A DNA stretch of 64,000 bases from Myxococcota bacterium (GTDB taxonomy: Bacteria > Myxococcota_A > SURF-8), in NCBI GenBank assembly GCA_963674735.2, contig CAXXQS010000002.1, positions 2,112,001-2,176,000 on the forward strand, given 5' to 3'. Below are positions 1 through 9,546 of this stretch, one piece after another; the stretch's first letter is position 1; the number at the start of each line of letters is the position of its first letter. The position numbers and the translations under genes were made by a program. The notes beneath the pieces were generated by a model. It searched no databases, was not told the DNA's origin, and saw nothing but the letters and a program-made list of their open reading frames with translations.

Positions 1-248
1 ATATAGTTGCCCGTATTCACGGCCATAAACAAGATTCGCGCGCCCACCAGTCCGGCGAGCAGCGACCAGAAAGCCAGATCGAGGATCAAACCCGGATCGA
101 TTTTTTCTTTATGAGCCAGCCAGGCCGCCAGCGCGGTACCGAGGGTGAAACCCAGCGCGACCAGTACGCCGTAGCTATGGACTTCGATGGGACCGAATTG
201 AAAGCCGAAAAGAGTGAAATCGCCGATCCGCAGCAGGATGGGGTGCAT
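1..248 (-). CDS. lgt: Prolipoprotein diacylglyceryl transferase, N-terminal part (runs off window)
   Basis: Manual translation from ATG at 248: MHPILLRIG...EVHSYGVLVALGF...GLVGARILF (MHP, YG and GAR motifs of Lgt); directly downstream of lspA. Confidence 0.9.
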   Translation of the reverse strand, partial: MHPILLRIGDFTLFGFQFGPIEVHSYGVLVALGFTLGTALAAWLAHKEKIDPGLILDLAFWSLLAGLVGARILFMAVNTGNY

Positions 249-250
249 GG

Positions 251-802
251 TCAGCCCGCCGGAGTGTCGTTGGGAGGCGTGTCAAGCGCCTTGGCTTTGG
301 AGGTTTCTTCACGGCGAAAGAGCGACAGCTCGCCGGTTCCGAACAGCATTTCGAACAGCATCAGCGCTACGCCGACCGAGATGAAGACGTCGGCCACGTT
401 GAAGGTGGGCCAGTGATGGGTGTAGTAATGCCAGTCGATGAAGTCGATCACCGAGGTGTAGGCGATGCGGTCGATGAAATTTCCGATGGCTCCGCCCAGG
501 ATGCACGACAGTGCGATGATCAGCCCGATCTGCCTGTCTTCGACGCGGCGCAGAAAATAGAAGATGAACGCCACCGCCACGCAGGAAATCATCAGGAAAA
601 ACGGCACCCGAACGCCGTCGGGCAGATTGGAAAACATGCCCCAGGCGGCCCCGCGATTTTCGACGTAGACGAAATGAAAGAAGTTGTCGATCACGGTGAT
701 GGCCGGGCGTCCCCGAAGGCCTTTTGCCCACCATTTCGTGAGTTGATCGAGAATGACGGCAACGACACTGATGATGATCAGAATTTTGTATTTTCGCTTC
801 AC
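251..802 (-). CDS. lspA: Lipoprotein signal peptidase II
   Basis: LDQLTK, NRGAAWG, GGAIGNFIDR, VIDFI, WPTFNVAD motifs. Confidence 0.97.
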   Translation of the reverse strand: MKRKYKILIIISVVAVILDQLTKWWAKGLRGRPAITVIDNFFHFVYVENRGAAWGMFSNLPDGVRVPFFLMISCVAVAFIFYFLRRVEDRQIGLIIALSCILGGAIGNFIDRIAYTSVIDFIDWHYYTHHWPTFNVADVFISVGVALMLFEMLFGTGELSLFRREETSKAKALDTPPNDTPAG

Positions 803-1081
803 GCTGCTTTTCCTTGATCGGCCTGGGGTCGATAGGCTGTCCTGTGCGTAGCCAAACGACTGGAATTGTTGAAGATAAAACGTTTCATGGTCCTTGCGAG
901 AACCGGCTTATGCTAGCAGATGGGACTCGCCTGTCAAGCAATTTCGCTGCTTGACTTATCCGGTTTAACCGGCATGAGCGCCGAAATCTTCCAGAAATGT
1001 TTTGACGGGGGCTTTTCCCAATGCCAACATAGGGGCAAGATCCATGGAAGAAACGGGCCATACGGCCGGTTGGTGGGGAAT

Positions 1082-2086
1082 ATGGAAGCCGCGATTTACG
1101 TACAGAATCTGACCAAGGTTTACCGCGTCGGGCGGCATCGCGAAGGCGTGTGGGGCGGTCTGCTCGATCTGGTGGCGCGTCGCTCCCAGCCGGTCAAGGC
1201 GGTGGACAACCTCAGCTTCTCCATCGAGCCGGGTGAAACCGTGGGCCTGATCGGACCCAACGGCGCGGGCAAGTCCACCACCATCAAGATGTTGACCGGT
1301 ATTCTCAAGCCCACGACGGGCGAGGTGCAGGTGCTGGGCGTGACGCCCTCCAAGGAACGCAACCGCCACGCGATGCAGATCGGGGTGGTGTTTGGTCAGC
1401 GTACCCAACTCTGGTGGGATCTGGCGGTGATCGAAGCCTTTCGGCTGCTGGGCAAGATCTATCGGGTTCCCCCCGCCGATTTCGAGGCGCGGCTGGCGCA
1501 TTTCAACCGCATCCTCGAATTGGAAGATCTGCTGCACCGGCAGGTGCGCAAGCTGTCGTTGGGGCAACGAGTGCGCTGCGACCTGGCTGCCTCGCTTCTG
1601 CACAACCCGCCCGTGCTGTTTCTGGACGAACCCACCATCGGTATGGATGTGGCCGTCAAAGCGCGTATGCGCACGTTTATCAAGGAGATTCGCAAGAACT
1701 ACGGCACCACCATCATTCTCACCACCCACGATACCGCCGATATCGAGGAGTTGAGCGAGCGCTTGATGATGATCGACAAGGGGATGATCCTGTTTGACGG
1801 CAGTCTGGCCCGCTTCAAAGAAAGCTATGGCCGCACCCGCACGCTGTACATCGATTTCACCGCTGAAGTCGAACTGGAGAGCCTGCGGGCGCTGATTGTC
1901 GACTCCGATGTCAAGCTTTTGCGACCCATGCCCAAGCGGGTGGAGATCGTGTTCGATCGCAACGCCTATACGGCCCAGGATCTGATCGGCAAAATCGGAG
2001 CGCAGTTCCCTATCGGTGATTTCTCCACCGCCGAAACGGCCGTCGAAACCATCGTCCGCGACATCTACGAAGGCTTCTACGCATGA
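1082..2086 (+). CDS. ABC-2 type exporter ATP-binding protein (COG4586-like)
   Basis: Walker A GPNGAGKST, VFGQRTQLWWDL, LSLGQ signature, LFLDEPT; start moved to ATG 1082 behind a purine-rich RBS. Confidence 0.92.
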   Translation: MEAAIYVQNLTKVYRVGRHREGVWGGLLDLVARRSQPVKAVDNLSFSIEPGETVGLIGPNGAGKSTTIKMLTGILKPTTGEVQVLGVTPSKERNRHAMQIGVVFGQRTQLWWDLAVIEAFRLLGKIYRVPPADFEARLAHFNRILELEDLLHRQVRKLSLGQRVRCDLAASLLHNPPVLFLDEPTIGMDVAVKARMRTFIKEIRKNYGTTIILTTHDTADIEELSERLMMIDKGMILFDGSLARFKESYGRTRTLYIDFTAEVELESLRALIVDSDVKLLRPMPKRVEIVFDRNAYTAQDLIGKIGAQFPIGDFSTAETAVETIVRDIYEGFYA

Positions 2087-2886
2087 GACGCCTGGGCGCT
2101 TATCTCTATTTCCTACGTTTAGGATTCATGGAGTTGGTCGCTTATCGCATCACCGTGCTCATGCTGGCCTTGTCGGTTCCCATCGTGTTGTTCGCACGCT
2201 ATTACGTGTTGGCCGCGTTATACCAGCGTCCCGGTCAGATGGTGGAGGGCTACAGCCTGCAAGGCATTCTTACCTACCTGATCTGCGCCTGGCTTTTGCG
2301 CTCCTTCTTCCGTAGCGCCGTCGATCGGCGTATCGGGCGTGACGTGCGGTCGGGTGATATCATTTTCGATCTCATGCGCCCGCTCGATTATGCGGTGATG
2401 ACCTTCTTCCGCGCTTTGGGAAAAAGCCTCAACCGTATGTTGTTCATTTCGGTGCCGCTATTGGTGCTGTTTTTGAGCACCGACGTGCTGACTCTGCCGC
2501 GTGAAGCGGCCATGTGGCCGGTCTTTCTTTTAGCGGTGGGCATCGGCTTTCTGATCGCTTTTCAGTTTCAGTTTCTGGTCGGAATTTTCACTTTTTTCAC
2601 CGGCTACAATATCGGGTTGATCTGGACTTTCGATTTGATCGTGCAGGTTTTATCGGGTCTGCTTTTACCGCTGCATTTCTTTCCGGGCGTCATGCAGAAC
2701 TGGCTGATGGCGCTGCCGTTTCGCCATATCTACTACACGCCCACGCAGATTTTCGTCGGTCATATCGCGCCGGGCGAGGCGGTTCCCTATTTGATAAATG
2801 GGGGGCTGTGGGTGATCGGGATGGGGCTGCTCAATCTGGTCGTCTACCGCGCCGGACGGCGGCGGCTGACCATCGCAGGCGGCTGA
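2083..2886 (+). CDS. ABC-2 family permease (COG4587-like)
   Basis: About 6 TM segments, VRSGDIIFDLMRP and LSGLLLPLHFFP motifs, terminal IAGG; ATGA overlap with the ATPase. Confidence 0.88.
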   Translation: MRRLGAYLYFLRLGFMELVAYRITVLMLALSVPIVLFARYYVLAALYQRPGQMVEGYSLQGILTYLICAWLLRSFFRSAVDRRIGRDVRSGDIIFDLMRPLDYAVMTFFRALGKSLNRMLFISVPLLVLFLSTDVLTLPREAAMWPVFLLAVGIGFLIAFQFQFLVGIFTFFTGYNIGLIWTFDLIVQVLSGLLLPLHFFPGVMQNWLMALPFRHIYYTPTQIFVGHIAPGEAVPYLINGGLWVIGMGLLNLVVYRAGRRRLTIAGG

Positions 2887-2925
2887 GCGTTCTCGCCCCT
2901 GTCGATGCGAGTGTGGAAGGTCGAT

Positions 2926-3180
2926 TCAGCTCGGGTCGTTGTCCTCGTCGGAAACCGGTGCGTCGGCGGGTGTTTCTTCCGGTGTGGCGACCGGGGCGAT
3001 CGGGGCCGCCGTTTCCGGACGCGGCGCGTCGGCTTTCCAAATGTAGAGGGCCAGACACGCCAAGCCGAGGCCGAATCCGGGCCAGAAGAAGGCCGTATTC
3101 ACTTTGGCGGCCAAGACACCGCCGAGAACGCCCAGCACCAGCGCGAGTGTCAGCACGATCCAACTCAGCCAACCCGGCAT
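2926..3180 (-). CDS. Small two-TM membrane protein with acidic/Pro tail
   Basis: ATG at 3180 with GAGG RBS; two hydrophobic helices. Confidence 0.6.
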   Translation of the reverse strand: MPGWLSWIVLTLALVLGVLGGVLAAKVNTAFFWPGFGLGLACLALYIWKADAPRPETAAPIAPVATPEETPADAPVSDEDNDPS

Positions 3181-3313
3181 GTTTTCCTCCCTTGCACAAT
3201 CAAAAGCCGTTCGATCATCAAGCCCAATGTGAAAGCGGCGGCAAATTCTTTCATCGGGGATTGTTAGCATATGGCAAGCCGCGACGCAACCATGTTGTGC
3301 GTTCGGTATACAT

Positions 3314-3346
3314 AAAAAAACGAAGGGGAGCGTGGCTCCCCTTCGT
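3314..3346 (-). terminator. Intrinsic terminator of the 3384-4010 gene
   Basis: 12-bp perfect stem acgaaggggagc/gctccccttcgt followed by a T-run on the minus strand. Confidence 0.85.
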
Positions 3347-3383
3347 CGTCATCCGACAATCAGTCGAAAGCGGTCGGGTCGAC

Positions 3384-4010
3384 TTATTCGCCGGCCAGCG
3401 CCGCAGCGGCGGCCGCCACCAGAGCGTCGGGCATGCAGACGGTCAGGTCGCCGAAAACGGCGTCGGCAGTGGCTTGGTCGAGCAGCTCATCGTCAACCCA
3501 GGTCTGCGGGTCGAAGCAGTTGATGCTGTCTTCGGGACGGCAGTCGGCGTCTTCGGCGCAGGGGGCCAAGCAGATGTTGAAATCTTCGTAGCCTTCACCC
3601 AGGAAGCCGGCGTTGACGCAGGCACCGCCGGTGGAGTCGTCGCACACGCCGCAATCCAGCGCGGAGCAGTAGCCGTTCGGCACTTCGAGGCCGTCCTGGC
3701 CCAGCAGCGCGGCCAAAACCGCGGTGGTCAGGCAGAAGCCGGTGGCGCAGTCGTCGTTGACCGCACAAGCCGCGCCGGCGAGGCCGGTCTCAGGATCGTC
3801 GCCGTCGGGATCGTCGCCGTCGGGATCGTCGCCGTCGGGATCGTCGCCGTCGGGATCGTCGCCGTCGGGATCATCGCCGTCAGGATCGTCGCCGTCGGCG
3901 TCGCCGTCAGGGTCGTCGCCATCGACGTCGTCGTCGTCACTTCCGCAACCACCGAAGGCCAACATACACGCCAGGGCCATGATCAAAAGCAATGCATACC
4001 ATTTTTTCAT
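3384..4010 (-). CDS. Cys-rich lipoprotein with DGDDP repeat linker
   Basis: RBS GAGGAG, signal peptide with lipobox-like FGGC, acidic repeats, C-terminal domain rich in Cys. Confidence 0.85.
   Translation of the reverse strand: MKKWYALLLIMALACMLAFGGCGSDDDDVDGDDPDGDADGDDPDGDDPDGDDPDGDDPDGDDPDGDDPDGDDPETGLAGAACAVNDDCATGFCLTTAVLAALLGQDGLEVPNGYCSALDCGVCDDSTGGACVNAGFLGEGYEDFNICLAPCAEDADCRPEDSINCFDPQTWVDDELLDQATADAVFGDLTVCMPDALVAAAAAALAGE
3792..3923 (-). repeat. Coding 15-bp tandem repeat: (DGDDP)x7 plus DGDA plus DGDDP
   Basis: Near-identical units gggatcgtcgccgtc on the + strand. Confidence 0.95.
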
Positions 4011-4305
4011 TACGTTCTCCTCTTTCACAATTGTTGACAAGTCTACTTGTTTTTTGGCTTATCGCCGCGCTCCTCTGCCTTTTCCCCACATACAAGTATT
4101 AAAACTTTGCAAATAGTTTTCCATATTCTGCGCGTAATGGTACTCAGTCAGCCCCGTTAAGTCAAGCAAAAGCGTGAATTGGGAAACCGTTTACCTAGTT
4201 TTTTCTTTACATTAGGAGAGACTCATACTAAAAAGGAGACGCCAGAAGTTCGAATTAAAATCATTCACGGCGACAATTTGCCAGCACGGAAAAGGGGTTG
4301 TGTTC

Positions 4306-5805
4306 ATGTATCGCAAATGGTTGGTAAAGTTCATTGCGATGAGCGTGATGTGCTTGGCCGGTCCGGTCTGGGCCAACGGGGTGGAAACCCTGCCCGAGGG
4401 CATATTCGCGGTTGGCCTTAAATTCGGCTACAAATTTGCAAACGAGCGTTTCGACAAAGATTTCAGTTCCGATACCGTCTCAATTGTCGAGGATTATCGG
4501 CTTGTCGTCAAAGGTACCGATATCGACCCCTACATGTTCGCGGAGGACGATGTCGTGGGGCGGCTCGATCCCACCTATAGCAACTATGGTCTACAATTCA
4601 CCGTCACGACTGCCTTCGGGATCACCGACAATCTGGCCGTCATGATGATCCTTCCCATTCAGTACGTGCACAACGAGTTCGGGGTGGAGTTGTACGACAG
4701 CAATCTCTACATGGTGCGCAACGAACGCGGCGAGCCGTCTTTGATCGTCAACGAAGGCTTGAAGGCCGGTTTTTCCAATGCGTCCGAGAAACCGCTGAGC
4801 ACCGAGGAATTTCAAGACGCCCTCACCTGCACCGCCAATACCCAGCTTTGCCGTTTTCGCTACAAGCCGGTGCGCAACTGGTCGCGCTGGGGTTTGGGCG
4901 AGATCATTCTCGGCATGCGCTACAAATTCGCGGAGAGCGAGCACTGGCGGCAGGGCATCACCTTGTTCGGTAAAGTGCCCACCGGTCGGCAGGTGGACAC
5001 GGACGATCTGTTCGACACCAACTTCGGCGATCAGCAGGTGGATATCGGTTTCTGGTACGGCATCGATTACATGCCCATCAAAGACCTCACCTTGAATGTT
5101 AGCTTCGGCTACACGGAGCAGTTGCCGCAGGTGATCAACAAACGCATCTTCTCGACCATGACGGACGAAAATGGCAAAGAAACCGGTGTGTTGCCGTTGA
5201 CCCAATACTGGCAGAAGATGAAAGTGCACCGCGACATTGGTGGTAACTGGGATCTCTACTTCGGTGGCGCCTACAACTTCACCCACTACCTCAATTACTC
5301 CAACGAGTTTTATTTCTTCTGGAAATACCTCGATAACTATTGGGCCGCCGAAGAGATTCCGCGCGACCCCAACGGCGGTCTCTGGACCCCGGATTTCCGT
5401 GCTATGGAGTACGGAACCGACCAGAGCGCCCTGGAAATGACCAACGCCCTGTCCTTCAACACCATCGGTTTCATGCAGCGCGGCGAGTTCCCCATTCCCA
5501 TCATTTTCTCGATCGGTTATACGGTCGGCCTGGCGGGGCAGAACTTCGAGCGCAATCACAGCATCTGGACCTCCATCGATCTGGTGGGCTCAATCTACAT
5601 GTTCGAGGATATGAGTGGCGAGGCCGAGGAAGAAATGACCGAAATGCAGTTGCCCGCCCAGGTGCGCAACGAAGACGAAGCCGACCCGGACGGCTTGGTG
5701 GCGGTGGACGATGCCGAGCCGCAGGAATCGCGTAAAGCGCAGAAGATGCGTGAGGCGATGGAGTATCGCAACACCTTCGGCAAGGTCAACAAATTCGACT
5801 GGTGA
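4306..5805 (+). CDS. Exported protein, probable outer-membrane beta-barrel (MetA-pathway/SphA-like transporter family)
   Basis: Signal peptide (VWA-NG), alternating aromatic/Gly strands, GLGEIILGMRYKF and KVPTG motifs. Confidence 0.65.
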   Translation: MYRKWLVKFIAMSVMCLAGPVWANGVETLPEGIFAVGLKFGYKFANERFDKDFSSDTVSIVEDYRLVVKGTDIDPYMFAEDDVVGRLDPTYSNYGLQFTVTTAFGITDNLAVMMILPIQYVHNEFGVELYDSNLYMVRNERGEPSLIVNEGLKAGFSNASEKPLSTEEFQDALTCTANTQLCRFRYKPVRNWSRWGLGEIILGMRYKFAESEHWRQGITLFGKVPTGRQVDTDDLFDTNFGDQQVDIGFWYGIDYMPIKDLTLNVSFGYTEQLPQVINKRIFSTMTDENGKETGVLPLTQYWQKMKVHRDIGGNWDLYFGGAYNFTHYLNYSNEFYFFWKYLDNYWAAEEIPRDPNGGLWTPDFRAMEYGTDQSALEMTNALSFNTIGFMQRGEFPIPIIFSIGYTVGLAGQNFERNHSIWTSIDLVGSIYMFEDMSGEAEEEMTEMQLPAQVRNEDEADPDGLVAVDDAEPQESRKAQKMREAMEYRNTFGKVNKFDW

Positions 5806-5824
5806 GGCGAAAACGAATCGAACG

Positions 5825-5856
5825 AACGGCGGCCTGCGGGTCGCCGTTTTTCGTTT
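5825..5856 (+). terminator. Intrinsic terminator between convergent genes
   Basis: aacggcggcc-tgcg-ggtcgccgtt followed by T-rich tail. Confidence 0.7.
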
Positions 5857-5892
5857 GAGGATTGACGCGGCTTGTGAAAAGCCGAGCGATAC

Positions 5893-7098
5893 TCAGAGTT
5901 TCTTGAGATCCATGGGGGAGGCGCACAGGCTCTGCCCGCCGGTCTCGGTGATGACGTAGGTGTTTTCCGCGCCCACGCCGCCGATGCCCGGCAGAAAGGC
6001 TTTGGGTTCCACGGCGACCACCATCCCCGCCTTGAGGGGCAGATCGATGCGGTCGGCGATCACCGGCCACTCGTCCAGTTCCAGCCCTACGCCGTGACCG
6101 AAAAACTTGACCCGGTTTTCGCCGCAGCCCATGAATCCCGGCGGTTCGCCCGTGGCCTGGACCCAGTCGTTTACCTCGCGAAATACCTCCGCGCAACGAC
6201 GTCCGGGGATGAGCGCCTGGGCGAGGCGTTCCAGACATTCGAGACAGAACAGGTGGGCCTGTTCCACCTCGGCGGGGATGTGTTCGCCGAAATAGAAACT
6301 ACGTGCGTTATCGGCGTGGTAGCCGTTGTGTGAACTGACGATGTCCACCATGAGTGTTTCACCGGATTTGAGCACCTTGAAGCCCGGTCCGGGCGCGGAG
6401 GCCGGGAAGGGCGCTTCGCCGCCCACCGGACCGTCGAAGTTGGTGGGATAGCAAGCGGAATTGCCCGCGACGGCGTAAAGCAAGGTCAGTTCCTGGCCGA
6501 TACGGCGGATGCGTAGAGACCCGCCGTGACCCATGCGGCGCAGTAAGGATTCCAGATCGGCCGAGACATCGAGTTCGGTGAGTCCCACCCGGGCCAAACT
6601 CGGCACGGCGTTGAAGGCCCGTTCGGCCTGGGCGACCGCCTGACGGATCTGCTCCAGTTCCCACTTCGACTTCACCGTGCGTAGCCCGCGCAGGGGCAGG
6701 GTGAGGTCGGCCAGTTTATCGTGCGACAGCTTCGCCGCCAGTCGGACATACAGCGCCGCGCTGGTGATATCGAACGACACTCCCAGCTTGGCATCGCCCG
6801 TCAGCCGGGCGGCGGTGTCGATCAAGGCGCTGAGCCCCGGAAAGGGTTGGGGGGCGAGAGGCGATTCCACTTTGGCGCGGGTGGCGCTCTTGCGGGCGTA
6901 ATAGGTCGGGTCGCCCTGGGCGGGGATCAGCAGCACGGCGTCCTGGATGGAGCCGGTGTAATAGTATAGGTCGGTGGCGTGTTGAATCCAGGCCACGGCG
7001 ATGTCGGCTTCGGCCAGCGCGGTTTGCAGCGCTTGCAGGCGGGTGAGAACTTCGCGTTCGGGGACGAAGGCCATGCGGTGACGTTGAGACGGAATCAC
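5893..7098 (-). CDS. Xaa-Pro peptidase family protein (M24B)
   Basis: Creatinase-like N-domain, RTVKSKWELE, GYHADNARS, GHGVGLELDE, VAVEP; GTG start with AGGAG RBS. Confidence 0.92.
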   Translation of the reverse strand: MIPSQRHRMAFVPEREVLTRLQALQTALAEADIAVAWIQHATDLYYYTGSIQDAVLLIPAQGDPTYYARKSATRAKVESPLAPQPFPGLSALIDTAARLTGDAKLGVSFDITSAALYVRLAAKLSHDKLADLTLPLRGLRTVKSKWELEQIRQAVAQAERAFNAVPSLARVGLTELDVSADLESLLRRMGHGGSLRIRRIGQELTLLYAVAGNSACYPTNFDGPVGGEAPFPASAPGPGFKVLKSGETLMVDIVSSHNGYHADNARSFYFGEHIPAEVEQAHLFCLECLERLAQALIPGRRCAEVFREVNDWVQATGEPPGFMGCGENRVKFFGHGVGLELDEWPVIADRIDLPLKAGMVVAVEPKAFLPGIGGVGAENTYVITETGGQSLCASPMDLKKL

Positions 7099-7146
7099 GG
7101 CAAACTCCTGTTGATCAATCGAGGTTCCAGCTTGGTAAACGCCGTT

Positions 7147-8499
7147 CTAATGTCCACCGGCCTTCTTGCCGGTCGGCATGGCTTTCCAAATCGTCAGCAG
7201 CAGGCCGAAGCCGATCAAACTGAACGGCAGCAGGAACACGGGCCAGTAAGCCCAGTTCCATTCGGTGATGAAACCCAGCGCGATGGACTGCAAGCCGGTT
7301 CCGAGGTAGACGAAACCGTCGATCACGCCCACCGCCGTGGCCGCGCCCTGGCGTCCGCCGAAGTCCATGGTGGCGGTGCCCGACAGCAGACCGTGGGTGC
7401 CGATGACCGCGATGGACATGATGAAGCCGATGACGCCCAGAATCCAGCCGTTATGCAGCGAGAAGATCATGCCGAGGGTGGAGACGGCCAGGATGCCGTA
7501 CATCAGTCCGGCGGCCGGTGCGCGCCGCGAACCGAACACCTTGTCGGAGATCACCCCGGCGGTCATGCCGCCCGTGCATCCGGCGATCCACAGCACTGCG
7601 CCCCAATTGTCCATCATGAACTGCCAGCCCTCGGTGAGTCCGGCGGCGATCTGCTCGTTGGCGAAGATGCGGTACCAGTGCATGATGCCGTTGCGCAACA
7701 CGCCGGTGCAGAATTCGATGCCCGCCACGGTGAGAATTACCGGGTTGGTGAGGATGCGTTTGTAGAGGTCCATGGTGCTGATTTTGACGTTCAGATCCTC
7801 ACCCGACGACGCGTCGGCGGTGTCGAAGTTGCTGTGACCGGTTTGGGCGGGCGTATCTTTCAGGATAAACAGCTCGATGAAGAAGAAGCTGAAGAGCAGC
7901 AGGGCGGGAGCCATGAAGACCCACATCACCGCCGATCCGCCGCTGAAGCCCAGACCTTCGGCGAACTGCAGGATACGCGGCGGAACATCGAAAGCCAGGA
8001 AGATACCCGAACTGATCATGACGCCGAAGATGCCCGAGAAAGTGCCGCGTTCGGTGACGTGGAACCAGTTGGCGTTGACTTTGACGATGGAGACCGCGCC
8101 GTAGCTCTGGAAATACATATTGAGGGCGTACAGCAGGATGAAGATGCCGAGAATCGGCGTGGAGGACGGGTCGTCGAGGCCCAGCAGATAGAAGGTGAAC
8201 AGAGCCATCAGCAGGTTCATCAGGCCTGCGCCCGCCGCGCCGATCAGAATGCCGCGCTTGCCCCCGATGCGATCCACCAGCGGTCCGTTGACCAGGAAGG
8301 AAAAGGCATACACCACCGCGCCGATGCCGAAAATCTCGCCGTAATCCGACTTGGTCATCAGGTCGCCCAACTCGGTTTTAGCCACATTCAGATTGTAGCG
8401 GCCCATGTACAGCAGGGCGTAGGTGAGCCCCATGGGAAACCAGTTGAGAAAGCGCCGGTATCTGAATGCCTTGGAATGCAGAACGGCCGGTTGTGCCAT
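7147..8499 (-). CDS. MFS transporter, GlpT/UhpT-like organophosphate:Pi antiporter family
   Basis: YALLYMGRYNL, WFHVTERG, SDKVFGSRR, AVGVIDGFVYLG; 12 TM pattern. Confidence 0.85.
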   Translation of the reverse strand: MAQPAVLHSKAFRYRRFLNWFPMGLTYALLYMGRYNLNVAKTELGDLMTKSDYGEIFGIGAVVYAFSFLVNGPLVDRIGGKRGILIGAAGAGLMNLLMALFTFYLLGLDDPSSTPILGIFILLYALNMYFQSYGAVSIVKVNANWFHVTERGTFSGIFGVMISSGIFLAFDVPPRILQFAEGLGFSGGSAVMWVFMAPALLLFSFFFIELFILKDTPAQTGHSNFDTADASSGEDLNVKISTMDLYKRILTNPVILTVAGIEFCTGVLRNGIMHWYRIFANEQIAAGLTEGWQFMMDNWGAVLWIAGCTGGMTAGVISDKVFGSRRAPAAGLMYGILAVSTLGMIFSLHNGWILGVIGFIMSIAVIGTHGLLSGTATMDFGGRQGAATAVGVIDGFVYLGTGLQSIALGFITEWNWAYWPVFLLPFSLIGFGLLLTIWKAMPTGKKAGGH

Positions 8500-8611
8500 G
8501 ATGAATCCTCTCCATGCGGGTTATCGAATCCGCCAACCCGGTAAGCATACCGATTGGGATTCAAAGCGCAAATGAAAGTTTGACGAGCGGAGGCCGCCGC
8601 GCCGCCTTCGC

Positions 8612-9391
8612 CTATTCCTTGAATTTGGCGGCCGGGGGATCCAGCGCGTTCAGGGAGCGTGTTTCCACCATCAGGGCCGTTGCGCCCACCACGCAGGCGG
8701 GGATGCAGACCAGATTCAGGAAGGGAACGATCAGCAGCAGCATGGCGCCCGCACCGAAACCCACGCACAGCCAGCGGCGGCGGTTTGTGAAATGTACGAT
8801 TTCGCTGAAGGCGTAGCCGTGGCGGCTCATGGGGTAATCGAGATATTCGATGGCCAGAAACCACGAACCCGCTCCCACCGTGACGCCAATCGACAGCAGT
8901 GAGCCGAGACCGGGAATCAGGTTGAGCAACAGGCCCACCAGTAAGATCAGGCCCATGACCATCAGCTTGGCCAGTTCCTTGCGCAAGGTCAGCGCGATGG
9001 CGGCGAAACTGACGGGAAGGTCTTCCTCGGGCACCTCTGGGTCGAGCGCCTGCTCGGTGCGACCCGCCAGGGCGTCGTTGAACGGCGAGGCGATCAGACA
9101 GCCGATGGGGGTAAAGAGGAAATAGGCCAGCAGCAGGGTGACGGCGAACAGGGCGCTTCCCATAATGTACCACATGCCCTGGAGGTACCAGCCGTCCGGG
9201 GGATAAGCCCACACCAGTTCGATGAGGTTGACCCGAAAGATCCACAAAAGGGTGAAACCCACGGTGAACAGCAAAACGTTGATGGCCAGGGGGACGACGA
9301 CCACGCGACGCAGTTGGGGATGGGCCTTGATGATGGAAAAGGCGCTGAAGGGGAAATTGAATCCGTGCAACAGATCCTGAAACAGGGTCAT
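8612..9391 (-). CDS. EI24/CysZ family membrane protein
   Basis: VPLAINVLLF, LIASPFNDALA, LAIEYLDYPMSRH motifs. Confidence 0.85.
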   Translation of the reverse strand: MTLFQDLLHGFNFPFSAFSIIKAHPQLRRVVVVPLAINVLLFTVGFTLLWIFRVNLIELVWAYPPDGWYLQGMWYIMGSALFAVTLLLAYFLFTPIGCLIASPFNDALAGRTEQALDPEVPEEDLPVSFAAIALTLRKELAKLMVMGLILLVGLLLNLIPGLGSLLSIGVTVGAGSWFLAIEYLDYPMSRHGYAFSEIVHFTNRRRWLCVGFGAGAMLLLIVPFLNLVCIPACVVGATALMVETRSLNALDPPAAKFKE

Positions 9392-9546
9392 GACGTCTCC
9401 TTGCCGGTTGGCCCATGGACGGCGGGATGGAAGAACCGATGTCCCGCTGGTGTCCCGTGGGGTCTGGTCTGATGGAAAACGATGCCTTGTTGCCTCTTTT
9501 AACGGATTCTGCTAGAACGGGCAAGACCTATTTACGAGGAGATTCC

